Source: Dehalococcoidia bacterium (lineage in GTDB: Bacteria; Chloroflexota; Dehalococcoidia; UBA2979). Taken from it: a stretch of 50,335 nt of DNA. Below are positions 17,051 through 26,168 of this stretch, one piece after another. The stretch covers positions 1 through 50,335 of the forward strand of contig SHYQ01000003.1 in NCBI GenBank assembly GCA_009692765.1, written 5' to 3'. The notes under the pieces were generated by a model. It did not search any database. It saw only the letters and a list, made by a program, of their open reading frames with translations, and was not told where the DNA came from. The position numbers and the translations under genes are program-made. How positions within the stretch are numbered: the stretch's first letter is position 1; every line of letters starts with the position of its first letter.

Positions 17051-18772
17051 CTACCCGCGCGCGAGCGACTGCACGGTGCGCGAGACAAGATCTTCCGGCA
17101 CGTCGCCACGGACGACGGTGCGACCGACGCCTTCGAGCAGCACGAAGCGCATCCGCCCCTGCTCGACCTTCTTGTCGCGCTGCATCGCCTCGATCACCGC
17201 GCGCACGTTGATGCCGGGCGCGATCAGCGGCAACCCGAACGAGCGCAGCAGGTCGGACTGGCGATCGACCACGGTCGCGTCGAGGATGCCGAGTTCGACG
17301 GCGATCCGGCCCGCGCCCATCATCCCGATCGCGACGGCCTCGCCGTGCATGTACTCCGTGTAGCCGGTCGCCTGCTCGATCGCGTGGCCGATCGTGTGGC
17401 CGTAGTTGAGGATCGCGCGGATGCCACGCTCCTGCGGGTCGCTCGACACGATCAGCGCCTTGAGGTGCGACGACCGCCCGATCACTTGCGCCAGCAGCTC
17501 CGGGTCCGCCGTGCCCGCGGCGAGGCTGCGCGCATTCGCCTCCAGCGTGTCGAGCAGGCCAGGGTCGAGGATGAAGGCGTGCTTGATCACCTCCGCGAAC
17601 CCCTCGATGTGCATCCGGCGCGGCAGCGTCTTGAGCACGCTGACATCCGAGAGCACAGCGGCGGGCTGGTGGAACGCGCCGACGAGGTTCTTGCCCTCGG
17701 GCAGATCGACGGCAACCTTCCCGCCGATCGCGGCGTCGTTCATCGCGAGCACAGAGGTGGGCAGCTGCACGATCGCCATGCCGCGCAGGTAGGTCGCCGC
17801 GACGTAGCCGGCCAGGTCGCACACCACCCCGCCGCCGAGCGCGAGGATCACGTCGCGCCGCTCGGCACGTTCGCCCGCCAGCCAGCGGTAGAGTTCCCCG
17901 GCCATGCGCTGCGTCTTCGACGCTTCGCCGGCGGGGATAACGTAGGACGCGCCGGCGATGCGCCCGGTGTCCAGCACATCGGCGACGGTGCGGCCGTGGG
18001 CCTCCATGACGTTCGTGTCGGAGATCAGGAACACGCGCCGCCCGGCCAGCCCGATCTGTTGCAGCCGGTCGGGCAGCCGCCGCAGCTCGCCCGGCGCGAC
18101 CCAGATCGGGTACCGCTGCACGCCGGTGTCGACGACCGCTGCGGGGCCGCGCGCCGGCTCGTCGCTGCCCAGGCGCTCGAGGCGGCGCGGCCGCGAGACG
18201 AGATCGGCGGCGTCCGTCGCCCACGCGCCCAGGATGCGCGCGACCGCGCGGTCGCGCGTCTCGATCGCCTCGTCCGGCCCGCCCATCACCGGCACCCAGA
18301 GGTCGGCGTGGTTGTAGTAGGCGCGGCGCTCACCATCGAGTTCGCGCAGGCGGCGCTCCAGGTCGCCGTCCACGAGCGGGCGCACCGGCTGACCCTCGGA
18401 CGGCAGCCGCCGCGCGATCTCGCTCGGCGTCGCGTCCAGGTAGCAGATGAACCCGCGCTCACCTAGCGCACGACGGTTCCCGGCGGACAGGATCACGCCG
18501 CCGCCGGTCGCGATCACCACGGGCGCCCGGCGTGCGGCCTCCACCACGATCACTTCCTCGACGCGACGGAACGCCGCTTCGCCGCGCTCGATGATGAGCG
18601 CGGCCGCGGTTCGCCCTTCCCGCGCCAGCACCATCTCGTCGGTGTCGATGAACGGCCAGCCCAGGCGCTCCGCCAGCGCCTTGCCGATCGTCGTCTTGCC
18701 CACGCCGGAGAGGCCGACGAGGACGATCTGCTGCGGCGCTGGCTGCGAAGTCGGCTGGGGAGTCGCGGTCAT
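17051..18772 (-). CDS. aroKB: Bifunctional shikimate kinase / 3-dehydroquinate synthase (AroK-AroB fusion)
   Basis: GLSGVGKTT, DTD, ATGGG followed by GGGVVCDLAG, LPTSVLAM.DAAIGGK, KNLVGAFHQP, LNYGHTIGHA, HGEAVAIG. Confidence 0.92.
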   Translation of the reverse strand: MTATPQPTSQPAPQQIVLVGLSGVGKTTIGKALAERLGWPFIDTDEMVLAREGRTAAALIIERGEAAFRRVEEVIVVEAARRAPVVIATGGGVILSAGNRRALGERGFICYLDATPSEIARRLPSEGQPVRPLVDGDLERRLRELDGERRAYYNHADLWVPVMGGPDEAIETRDRAVARILGAWATDAADLVSRPRRLERLGSDEPARGPAAVVDTGVQRYPIWVAPGELRRLPDRLQQIGLAGRRVFLISDTNVMEAHGRTVADVLDTGRIAGASYVIPAGEASKTQRMAGELYRWLAGERAERRDVILALGGGVVCDLAGYVAATYLRGMAIVQLPTSVLAMNDAAIGGKVAVDLPEGKNLVGAFHQPAAVLSDVSVLKTLPRRMHIEGFAEVIKHAFILDPGLLDTLEANARSLAAGTADPELLAQVIGRSSHLKALIVSSDPQERGIRAILNYGHTIGHAIEQATGYTEYMHGEAVAIGMMGAGRIAVELGILDATVVDRQSDLLRSFGLPLIAPGINVRAVIEAMQRDKKVEQGRMRFVLLEGVGRTVVRGDVPEDLVSRTVQSLARG

Positions 18773-19950
18773 GAGCGCGGCTCGCGCGGGCCGACGGTGG
18801 TCACGAACGCCGCGAAGTTGCGGTAGATCTCGTCGACGTGGTCGCCGCCGAACTTCTCGAGCATCGCGTCCGCGAGCACAATCGCGACCATCGCCTCGCC
18901 GATCACGCCGCCCGCGGGGACGACCGCGACGTCCGAGCGCTCGTAAAACGAGGTGGCCTCCTCGCCGGTCAGTAGGTCGGCGGTGGGCATGCGCTGGGGC
19001 ACCGTGGAGATGGGCTTCAGGAACCCGCGAATCACGATGTCCTCGCCGTTGGTCATCCCGGCCTCTAGGCCGCCCGCCCGGTTCGTGGCGCGCTCCCACT
19101 TGCGGCGTTCCCACGCGGAGGCGGGCAGGATGATGTCCTGCACCTCCGAGCCGCGCTTCCCCGCCCCCGCAACGCCCTCGCCGATCTCGACGGCCTTCAC
19201 GGCGTTGATCGACATGATCGCCTGCGCGAGCCGGCCGTCCAGCTTGCGGTCCCAGTGCACGTGGCTGCCCAGGCCGAACGGCGCGCCCGAGGCGCGCACC
19301 TCGAACACCCCACCCACCGTGTCCAGCGCATCGCGCGTCCGGTCGACCTCGTCGATCATCGCCTGCTCGATCGCGCGATCGGCGACGCGCATCGGCGAGG
19401 CGTCGACGGCGTCCCAGTCGATGCGTTCCGGCACGTTCGCGTGCACCGGGCCGATGGAGAGCGTGTGCGAGTGCACGGTGATGCCGATCGTCCTGATCAG
19501 CGCGCGCGCGATCGCCCCGACGGCAACGCGCGCCGCCGTCTCCCGCGCGCTGGACCGTTCGAGGATCGGACGCACGTCGTCGAAGCCGTACTTCTGCGTG
19601 CCGGCGAGGTCGGCGTGTCCGGGCCGGAGCAACGTCACGCGCTCGACCTCCTCCTCGACGGGGTCGGTCGCCATGCGCACGCGCCAGCCCTGGTTCTCGA
19701 AGTCGCGGTTGACGATGGTCATCGCGATCGGCGAGCCCATCGTCTTGCCGTGGCGCACGCCGGACAGCAGCTCCGCGCGATCCTGCTCGATCTGCTGGCG
19801 GCGCCCGCGGCCGTAGCCGCCCTGCCGCCGCGCGAGATCCGCCGCAATGATGTCCTCGCTCATCGTGAGACCGGCGGGGACGCCCTCGACGATCGTCGCG
19901 AGGCCCTTACCGTGCGATTCACCCGCGGTCAGCCAGCGGAACCGAGTCAT
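18769..19950 (-). CDS. aroC: Chorismate synthase
   Basis: TAGESHG, RPGHAD, ERSSARETA, NRAGGLEAGMTNG, KPIST, RSD. Confidence 0.96.
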   Translation of the reverse strand: MTRFRWLTAGESHGKGLATIVEGVPAGLTMSEDIIAADLARRQGGYGRGRRQQIEQDRAELLSGVRHGKTMGSPIAMTIVNRDFENQGWRVRMATDPVEEEVERVTLLRPGHADLAGTQKYGFDDVRPILERSSARETAARVAVGAIARALIRTIGITVHSHTLSIGPVHANVPERIDWDAVDASPMRVADRAIEQAMIDEVDRTRDALDTVGGVFEVRASGAPFGLGSHVHWDRKLDGRLAQAIMSINAVKAVEIGEGVAGAGKRGSEVQDIILPASAWERRKWERATNRAGGLEAGMTNGEDIVIRGFLKPISTVPQRMPTADLLTGEEATSFYERSDVAVVPAGGVIGEAMVAIVLADAMLEKFGGDHVDEIYRNFAAFVTTVGPREPRS

Positions 19951-20651
19951 GAACGGTGCTCCTGGGCTGTGGGGGTCGTGGGGATCGTGCGCCCTTCAGC
20001 CCGGCTGGCGGCGGCACGAATGACCGCGGTCGGATCCACGTCGGGGCCGTCCAGCAGCGCATCGACCGCGGGATCGACCGGCGCGGACGCCGTAGCCTCG
20101 CGGGTGTGCCACTCCGCCAGCAGCACCGAGGCTTCGACGGCGCTCCAGTCCGACCACGATGCGACCTCGCGGGTGGCGCGCGTGGTGAGCAGGCAGGGGG
20201 TGGTCACGGCGCCGTCCGCGGAACGGTACTCCGTGTGCACGTCCACCTGCACCGCAGCAAAGGAAACGTGGGGGACTTCGTACATCAGGCGCTCCACCAT
20301 CCGCACCGCGGCGCGGCGGGCGACCTCCTGCGCGGTCCCCACCTCCACGCGCCGCCCCTCGACGACGCGCACGTCCGGCTCCGCGAGGATCGAGACGCGC
20401 GCGTGCTCCCGCGTCGCCGCGATCAGCGCCGCCGTGTGCAGCGCGCGCCAGTCCGCGGGGGCGACGCCGCGGGACGGGCGGCCGTTGCGCCACGCCTCGA
20501 ACGTCTGGTCAAGGAGCTCGCCGAGCGCGGTCATGTCGCCGGCGGCGATCACCCGCCGCCACTGGCGCGCGGCGAAGCGGGCCTGGAACACCATGAAGCC
20601 GACGATGATGAACATCGCGAGGACGAAGACGATGCCGAAGCCGAGGCCCAT
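19947..20651 (-). CDS. Hypothetical single-pass membrane protein inside the aro operon
   Basis: N-terminal hydrophobic helix; AAGGAG upstream of ATG 20651; stop overlaps the aroC start. Confidence 0.7.
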   Translation of the reverse strand: MGLGFGIVFVLAMFIIVGFMVFQARFAARQWRRVIAAGDMTALGELLDQTFEAWRNGRPSRGVAPADWRALHTAALIAATREHARVSILAEPDVRVVEGRRVEVGTAQEVARRAAVRMVERLMYEVPHVSFAAVQVDVHTEYRSADGAVTTPCLLTTRATREVASWSDWSAVEASVLLAEWHTREATASAPVDPAVDALLDGPDVDPTAVIRAAASRAEGRTIPTTPTAQEHRS

Positions 20652-20760
20652 CCGCTGCTCCTTCGCGCCCACGCGGTTTGTCGCCGGTGCCGTCCCAGTG
20701 TCGGCCGCGCCGCCGCGCCCGTCGAGGGGTTCGCCCGGGCGCCGGCTTCTGGAGCGCGTA

Positions 20761-21654
20761 TCAGGAGCCGGCGCGACGTTCGGCCAGCGCCTGCCGCGCC
20801 GCGCGCACCATGACCTCGATCGGCGGCTCCTGGCCGAGCCAGAGCCGGAACGCCTCTGCGCCCTGGTGGATCAGCATCATCAACCCGCCAACGGTGGTCG
20901 CCCCGGCGGCCGCGGCGGCGCGCAGGAAGGGCGTCTCCTCCGGCACGTAGATGAGGTCGAAGGCGACCTGGCCGGGCGAGAAGAGCTCCGCGGGCACAGG
21001 CGACTCGCCCTCGGCCGGGCCGTGCAGCATGCCCATCGAGGTGCACTGGATGACGATCCGCGCCTCGCTCACCGCGCGGCGGAACGTGGCGTCCTGTGCG
21101 TCCAGCGGTGCGTAGCGCATATCCAGGTCGGGGCCGCCCACCTCCACCAGCGCGTGTGCGTTCGCGGGCGTGCGGTTCACGATGGTGATGCGCGCCGCGC
21201 GCGCGGCGCGCATCGCGACGACAACGGCGCGCGCCGCCCCGCCCGCGCCGATCAGCGCGATGTCCGCGCCGCCGGCCTCCACGCCCGCGTCCCGCAGCGC
21301 GTTCACAACCCCCACGACGTCCGTGTTCGTCGCATGCAGCAGGCCGTCGCGGTTGATGATCGTGTTGAGCGCACCGACGCGCTCCACGATCGCGTCCGGG
21401 CGATCGACGAGGCGCATCGCGGCGACCTTGTGCGGCACGGTCAGGTTCGCACCCAGCAGGTCGCCGGAGCGCAGCCGCTCCACGGTCGCGGCGAGATCCT
21501 CGGGCAGCGTGTCCCACGCCTCGTACCGCGCGTCGATGCCGAGCGCATCGAGCGCGGCCTGCTGGAAGCGCGGCGAGATGGAGTGGGAGACGGGATGGCC
21601 GAGCAGCGCGATGGTGCGGGTGCGTGTCGGGATGCGGGTGTGGTGGCCGGTCAT
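20761..21654 (-). CDS. aroE: Shikimate dehydrogenase
   Basis: GHPVSHSISP, GANLTVPHK, GALNT, NTD, GAGGAARA, GLMMLIHQGA. Confidence 0.93.
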   Translation of the reverse strand: MTGHHTRIPTRTRTIALLGHPVSHSISPRFQQAALDALGIDARYEAWDTLPEDLAATVERLRSGDLLGANLTVPHKVAAMRLVDRPDAIVERVGALNTIINRDGLLHATNTDVVGVVNALRDAGVEAGGADIALIGAGGAARAVVVAMRAARAARITIVNRTPANAHALVEVGGPDLDMRYAPLDAQDATFRRAVSEARIVIQCTSMGMLHGPAEGESPVPAELFSPGQVAFDLIYVPEETPFLRAAAAAGATTVGGLMMLIHQGAEAFRLWLGQEPPIEVMVRAARQALAERRAGS

Positions 21655-21656
21655 AG

Positions 21657-22760
21657 TCAGTCCCTTGCGCAGGCGGAAGCGGCGAACCGTTCCACGTTCG
21701 CATTGTGCACGGCCAGCGTCGACGAGAAGAGGTGCGTCCGATCGCAGGCGGCCGACGCCACGAAGTAGAGGTAGTCGACCGCGGCCGGATTGACCACCGC
21801 CTTGATCGATTCGAGCCCGGGGTTCGCGATCGGGCCCGGCGGGAGGCCGCGATTCCGGTACGTGTTGTACGGCGATTCGATCGCCAGGTCGCCGACGGTG
21901 AGGCGCGGCTTCCAGTAGCCGAAGCGCTCGAGGTTGGCCGGCACGCGCGACACGGCGAACTGCACGGTGGGGTCGGCCTGAAGCGGGACATCCTGCGCGA
22001 GGCGGTTGAGGAACACCGCCGCGATCAGCGGCCGCTCCGCCGCCGAGGCGGTCTCCCGCTCGACGATCGAGGCGAGCGTGACGATCTGGTGCAGCGTCAG
22101 GCCCCGCGCGCGACCGGCGGCCGTCATCTCCGCCGTCACCTGCTTGCCGAAGGCGTCCAGCATCGACTGCACCATGCCCGCCGCCGTGGTCTTCTCGTCG
22201 AAGGCGTACGTCGCGGGCAGCAGGTACCCCAACAGGCTCGCCCCGCCGGGCCGCCCCTCGAGGAATGTCGCCTGCCGAGGGGCGGCCAGCGCCGCGTCCC
22301 AGTCCGCGCGGCTCGCGATGCCCTCCTTCTGCAGCGTGTCGCCGATCTCTTCGTTCCGGAGCCCCTCGCGGAAGGTGACCACCTGCGGTCGGTTGGGCCC
22401 GGCGGCGAGGAGGCGGACGATCTCCGCCGTGGGCATGTCGGACGTGAACCGGTAGCGGCCGGCCTGCAGTTTCGGCGCCAGCCCGGCGAAGTCGAGCAGC
22501 GCGCGCAGCGCCTTGCCGTCGCTCGCGATGCCCGCTCGCTCGAGTTGCTCCACGATCTGCTCCGCGCTCGATCCCGGCGCGAGATCGACGCCGGTGGGGG
22601 CGTTCGCCGGTACCGCGCTCTTCGGCGGCGGGCGGCTCTGCACGCCGCTCGCCAGCACGCCCGGCACGCCCCACACCGCCACGCCGAGAGCAACGAGGAT
22701 CACGGCGGTGTAGATCGCCACCGCGATCGTCGCGCGGGCGCGGACGTTACTGCTCGACAT
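21657..22760 (-). CDS. mltG: Endolytic transglycosylase MltG (YceG family)
   Basis: N-terminal TM, EGLR.EEI, GYLLPATY, LASIVERE, NRL...LQADPT, SPYNTY...GLPPGPIANPG. Confidence 0.9.
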   Translation of the reverse strand: MSSSNVRARATIAVAIYTAVILVALGVAVWGVPGVLASGVQSRPPPKSAVPANAPTGVDLAPGSSAEQIVEQLERAGIASDGKALRALLDFAGLAPKLQAGRYRFTSDMPTAEIVRLLAAGPNRPQVVTFREGLRNEEIGDTLQKEGIASRADWDAALAAPRQATFLEGRPGGASLLGYLLPATYAFDEKTTAAGMVQSMLDAFGKQVTAEMTAAGRARGLTLHQIVTLASIVERETASAAERPLIAAVFLNRLAQDVPLQADPTVQFAVSRVPANLERFGYWKPRLTVGDLAIESPYNTYRNRGLPPGPIANPGLESIKAVVNPAAVDYLYFVASAACDRTHLFSSTLAVHNANVERFAASACARD

Positions 22761-23202
22761 CGGCGGGGCCACCGTCCGCGCGTTCGTCGCCGGTCTCGCG
22801 CCGCTGCGCGCGGCGGCGAGCGAGGAACTGCTCGAGGATCAGCACCGCGGCGAGATCGTCTGAGGGGCGGCCAGAGCGGCCAGAGCGACCGGTGCCGCCC
22901 AGCCGCTCCGCTTCGACCGAGGTGAATCGTTCATCCTCGTACTCTACCGGCAGCCCGAGGCTCCGCTCGATGCGATCGCCGAGACGGCGCGCCATGCGCG
23001 CGGACGCCTCCTCGTGGCCGCGCGGCGTGAGCGCCAGGCCTAGGACGATGCCCTGCACGCCATCGCGCGCGACGATCGTGCGAATCGCCGGGAAGGCGAC
23101 GCTCGCCGGCACGATCTCCAGCGGCACGGCGATGCGCTCCTCGGGATCGCAGATGGCGAGGCCGACGCGCACCGTCCCGGCGTCCACGGCGAGCCACCTC
23201 AT
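22747..23202 (-). CDS. ruvX: RuvX/YqgF Holliday junction resolvase-like (pre-16S rRNA nuclease)
   Basis: LAVDAGTVRVGLAICD, DERFTS, DDLAAVLIL. Confidence 0.9.
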   Translation of the reverse strand: MRWLAVDAGTVRVGLAICDPEERIAVPLEIVPASVAFPAIRTIVARDGVQGIVLGLALTPRGHEEASARMARRLGDRIERSLGLPVEYEDERFTSVEAERLGGTGRSGRSGRPSDDLAAVLILEQFLARRRAQRRETGDERADGGPADVEQ

Positions 23203-23252
23203 CGGCGTGCCGCCTGCGACGCGGTCATGGCGCGAGCGGGCGTCATATGCGG

Positions 23253-25928
23253 CTACGACGTCAGACGGTCCTTCACCGCCTGCAACGCCGCCGCGAGCGA
23301 CTCGTCGATCTTCGAGGCGTCCTTGCCGCCGGCCTGCGCGAGTTGCGGCCGGCCGCCGCCGGCGCCGCCCGCGATGTTCGCCGCGATCTTCACGATCTCC
23401 GCCGCGCTCAACCCGCGCGCCACCACGTCATCGGTCGCGGCGACGATGAATGTCGGCCGCCCCTGCACATCCGCGCCCAGCGCGATGAACGCGGAGCCGA
23501 GGCGGTCGCGCAGCCGGTCCACCATCGGACGCAGCGCGTCGGCGGATTCCACCTGCACGCGCGCCACCAGCACGCGCACGCCGCTGATCGTCTCGGCGCT
23601 GTCGGCGAGGCCGTCCGCCGTGCCCGCCGAGGCGCGGCGCTCCAGTTCCTCGAGGCGGTGGCGCTCCGTGGCCAGTTGCTCCTCCAGCGCCGCGACGCGC
23701 TCCAGCACCAGCGTGGGCGGGGCGCGGAAGTGGCGCGCCAGCGTGCTCACCAGGTCGCTCCGCTCCTCGACGTAGCGTTCCGCCTCCACGCCGGTCAGCG
23801 CCTCGATGCGCCGCAGGCCGGCGCCGATGCTGCTGTCCGAGACGATCAGCAGCATGCCGACCTGCCCGGTGGAGTGGAGGTGCGTGCCGCCGCACAGTTC
23901 GCGGCTGTAGCACTCCATGGTGTGCGCGCCGGGCGCGTGCCCGCGGGAGTCGCAGTACTCCACCATGCGCACGCGCGTGGTGTAGCGATCCTCGAAGAAC
24001 GCGATCGCGCCGCGCTCGATCGCCTCGTCGTAGTCGAGTTCGAACGTCGCGCTCTGGATGTCGGCGCGCACCTTCGCGTTCACGATGCGCTGGATGTCGG
24101 TCATCTGCTCATCGGACGGCGCTTCCGGGTGCGTGTAGTCGAAGCGCAGGCGGTCCGGCCCCACGTACGAACCCGCCTGCCGGACGTGCGTGCCCAGGAC
24201 GCTGCGCAGCGCCGCATGCAGCAGGTGCGTCCCGGTGTGGTTGCGCGCGGTGTCCTGGCGACGCGCACCATCGACCAGCGCCGTCACGTGCGCGCCGACG
24301 CCGATGGCGCCCGCCACCACGCGGCCGATCTGGACCACCGTCTCGCCATAGCGATGCGTGTCCTCCACGCGGAAGCGGCCCGTGCCGGTGATGATCTCGC
24401 CACGGTCGCCGACCTGGCCGCCGCCTTCCGGATAGAACGGCGTCGTGGCCAGCATCACCTCGCCGCTCTGCCCCTCCGTCAGCTCCTGTACCGCGAGATC
24501 GTCTGCGAAGAGGTGCACCACGGCCGTCTTCGCCTCCAGGGCGTCGTACCCGACGAACTCCGTCGGCGCGACAATCGCCGCGTAGCGCATCGCGCGATCG
24601 TCCTGCGCGTTCGTGAACGTCTCTTCACCCTTGGAGCGCGCGCGCTGCTGCACCATCTCCTCGTCGAAGCCGGGGCGATCCACCGCGTAGCCGATCCCCT
24701 GCGCGACCTCGATGGTCAGCTCCGGAGGCAGGCCGTGCGTGTCGTACAGTACGAACATGTCGCGGCCGGGGATGCGCTTCGACGCCTGTTCCCGCGCGAC
24801 GATCTCGTCCAGCAGCTGCAGCCCGCGATCGAGCGTCGCCTGGAAGCGCGCCTCCTCGAGCCGCACGATGCGGCCAATGAACTCCCGCTGCTCCCCGAGT
24901 TGCGGGTGCGCGGCCATCGAATGATCGATGGCCGCATCGACGACCCGCGCGAGGAACGGCTCGCGGACGCCAAGGCGGTGGCCGAAGTAGACGGCGCGGC
25001 GCAGCAGGCGACGCAGCACGTAGCCGCGCCCCTCGTTGCTCGGCAGCACGCCATCCGTGACGAGGAAGGCGAGCGCGCGGGCGTGCTCGGAGATCGCCCG
25101 GAGGCCCCGCGCGATCTCCGGCTGTTCTGCCGGGTCGTACACCCGGCCGGTGACGCGCTCCGCTGCGGCCAGCACGCCTCGCAACTCGTCCGTCCCGTAC
25201 ACGGCGCGCACGTCCTGCACGACCGACGCTAGGCGCTCGAGGCCGGCGCCGGTGTCGATGTTCGCGGCGGGCAAGTTGGAGCGTGAGCCGTCCTCCTCGC
25301 GGAAGTACGTCATGAACACGAGGTTCCAGATCTCAAGGAACCGCCCGCAACCGACGTCCGGGTGGCAGGTGTCGCGCGCGCAGTCCGCGCAGCCCGCCGT
25401 CTTGCCCCAGTCGTAGTGCAGCTCGGAGCACGGCCCCATCGGTCCGGTGTCGCCCGGGGGCCCCCACCAGTTCCCCTGCTCCGCCGTATAGCGCAGGATG
25501 CGCGAGGCAGGCAGGCCGAGGGCCGCCCAGTGCGCCGCCGCCTCGTCGTCGTCTGTGAACACCGTGGCCCAGAGGCGCGCCTTCGGCAGCCCCAGGACCC
25601 CGGTGAGGAACTCCCACGCCCACGGGATCGCCTCGGACTTGAAGTAGTCGCCCACCGAGAAGTTGCCAAGCATCTCGAACAGCGTCAGGTGGCTGTCGTC
25701 GCCCACCACCTCGACGTCGGTGGTGCGAAAACAACGCTGGATCGAGGTCAGGCGGCGGGCAGGCGGCTCCTCCAGCCCCATGAAGTAGGGCTTGAACTGT
25801 ACCATCCCGGCGGTCGTGAACAGGAGCGTCGGGTCGCCGTGCGGCACCAGCGAGGACGAGGGGATGCGTCGGTGACCGCGAGCCTCGAAGAAGGCGAGAA
25901 ACGCGCGCCGGATCTCGTCGATGGTCAC
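23253..25928 (-). CDS. alaS: Alanine--tRNA ligase
   Basis: LLFTTAGMVQFK, FEMLGNFS.GDYFK, LEIWNLVFM, IDTGAGLER, RGYVLRRLLRRA, HTGTHLLHAAL, ELCGGTH; start trimmed to GTG 25928. Confidence 0.96.
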   Translation of the reverse strand: MTIDEIRRAFLAFFEARGHRRIPSSSLVPHGDPTLLFTTAGMVQFKPYFMGLEEPPARRLTSIQRCFRTTDVEVVGDDSHLTLFEMLGNFSVGDYFKSEAIPWAWEFLTGVLGLPKARLWATVFTDDDEAAAHWAALGLPASRILRYTAEQGNWWGPPGDTGPMGPCSELHYDWGKTAGCADCARDTCHPDVGCGRFLEIWNLVFMTYFREEDGSRSNLPAANIDTGAGLERLASVVQDVRAVYGTDELRGVLAAAERVTGRVYDPAEQPEIARGLRAISEHARALAFLVTDGVLPSNEGRGYVLRRLLRRAVYFGHRLGVREPFLARVVDAAIDHSMAAHPQLGEQREFIGRIVRLEEARFQATLDRGLQLLDEIVAREQASKRIPGRDMFVLYDTHGLPPELTIEVAQGIGYAVDRPGFDEEMVQQRARSKGEETFTNAQDDRAMRYAAIVAPTEFVGYDALEAKTAVVHLFADDLAVQELTEGQSGEVMLATTPFYPEGGGQVGDRGEIITGTGRFRVEDTHRYGETVVQIGRVVAGAIGVGAHVTALVDGARRQDTARNHTGTHLLHAALRSVLGTHVRQAGSYVGPDRLRFDYTHPEAPSDEQMTDIQRIVNAKVRADIQSATFELDYDEAIERGAIAFFEDRYTTRVRMVEYCDSRGHAPGAHTMECYSRELCGGTHLHSTGQVGMLLIVSDSSIGAGLRRIEALTGVEAERYVEERSDLVSTLARHFRAPPTLVLERVAALEEQLATERHRLEELERRASAGTADGLADSAETISGVRVLVARVQVESADALRPMVDRLRDRLGSAFIALGADVQGRPTFIVAATDDVVARGLSAAEIVKIAANIAGGAGGGRPQLAQAGGKDASKIDESLAAALQAVKDRLTS

Positions 25929-26065
25929 GTGGCGCGCTCGTTTCGGCAGTTCTGCATCGTACGGCCCAGTGTGCAGGATGGGCCGCACATGGTGCACGGT
26001 GCTGCATACTGGGCACCATCATGGGCCGCAGCGTGGGCCGCATCATGGAGGTCCGCTGAAGGGCG

Positions 26066-26094
26066 AGTGTAGAATGACCCCCAGAGGCGGTCAA
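26066..26094 (-). promoter_or_regulatory. Sigma70-type promoter for the alaS operon
   Basis: TTGACC-17 nt-TACACT on the reverse strand; overlaps a plus-strand TAGAAT (26070-26075) facing glmU. Confidence 0.65.
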
Positions 26095-26168
26095 TTTCAG
26101 ACCGCACCGATTCTGGCCGCACCGAGCGCGGGACGGCGCCCGATAGCCCCGATAGCAATGATGCAGCG

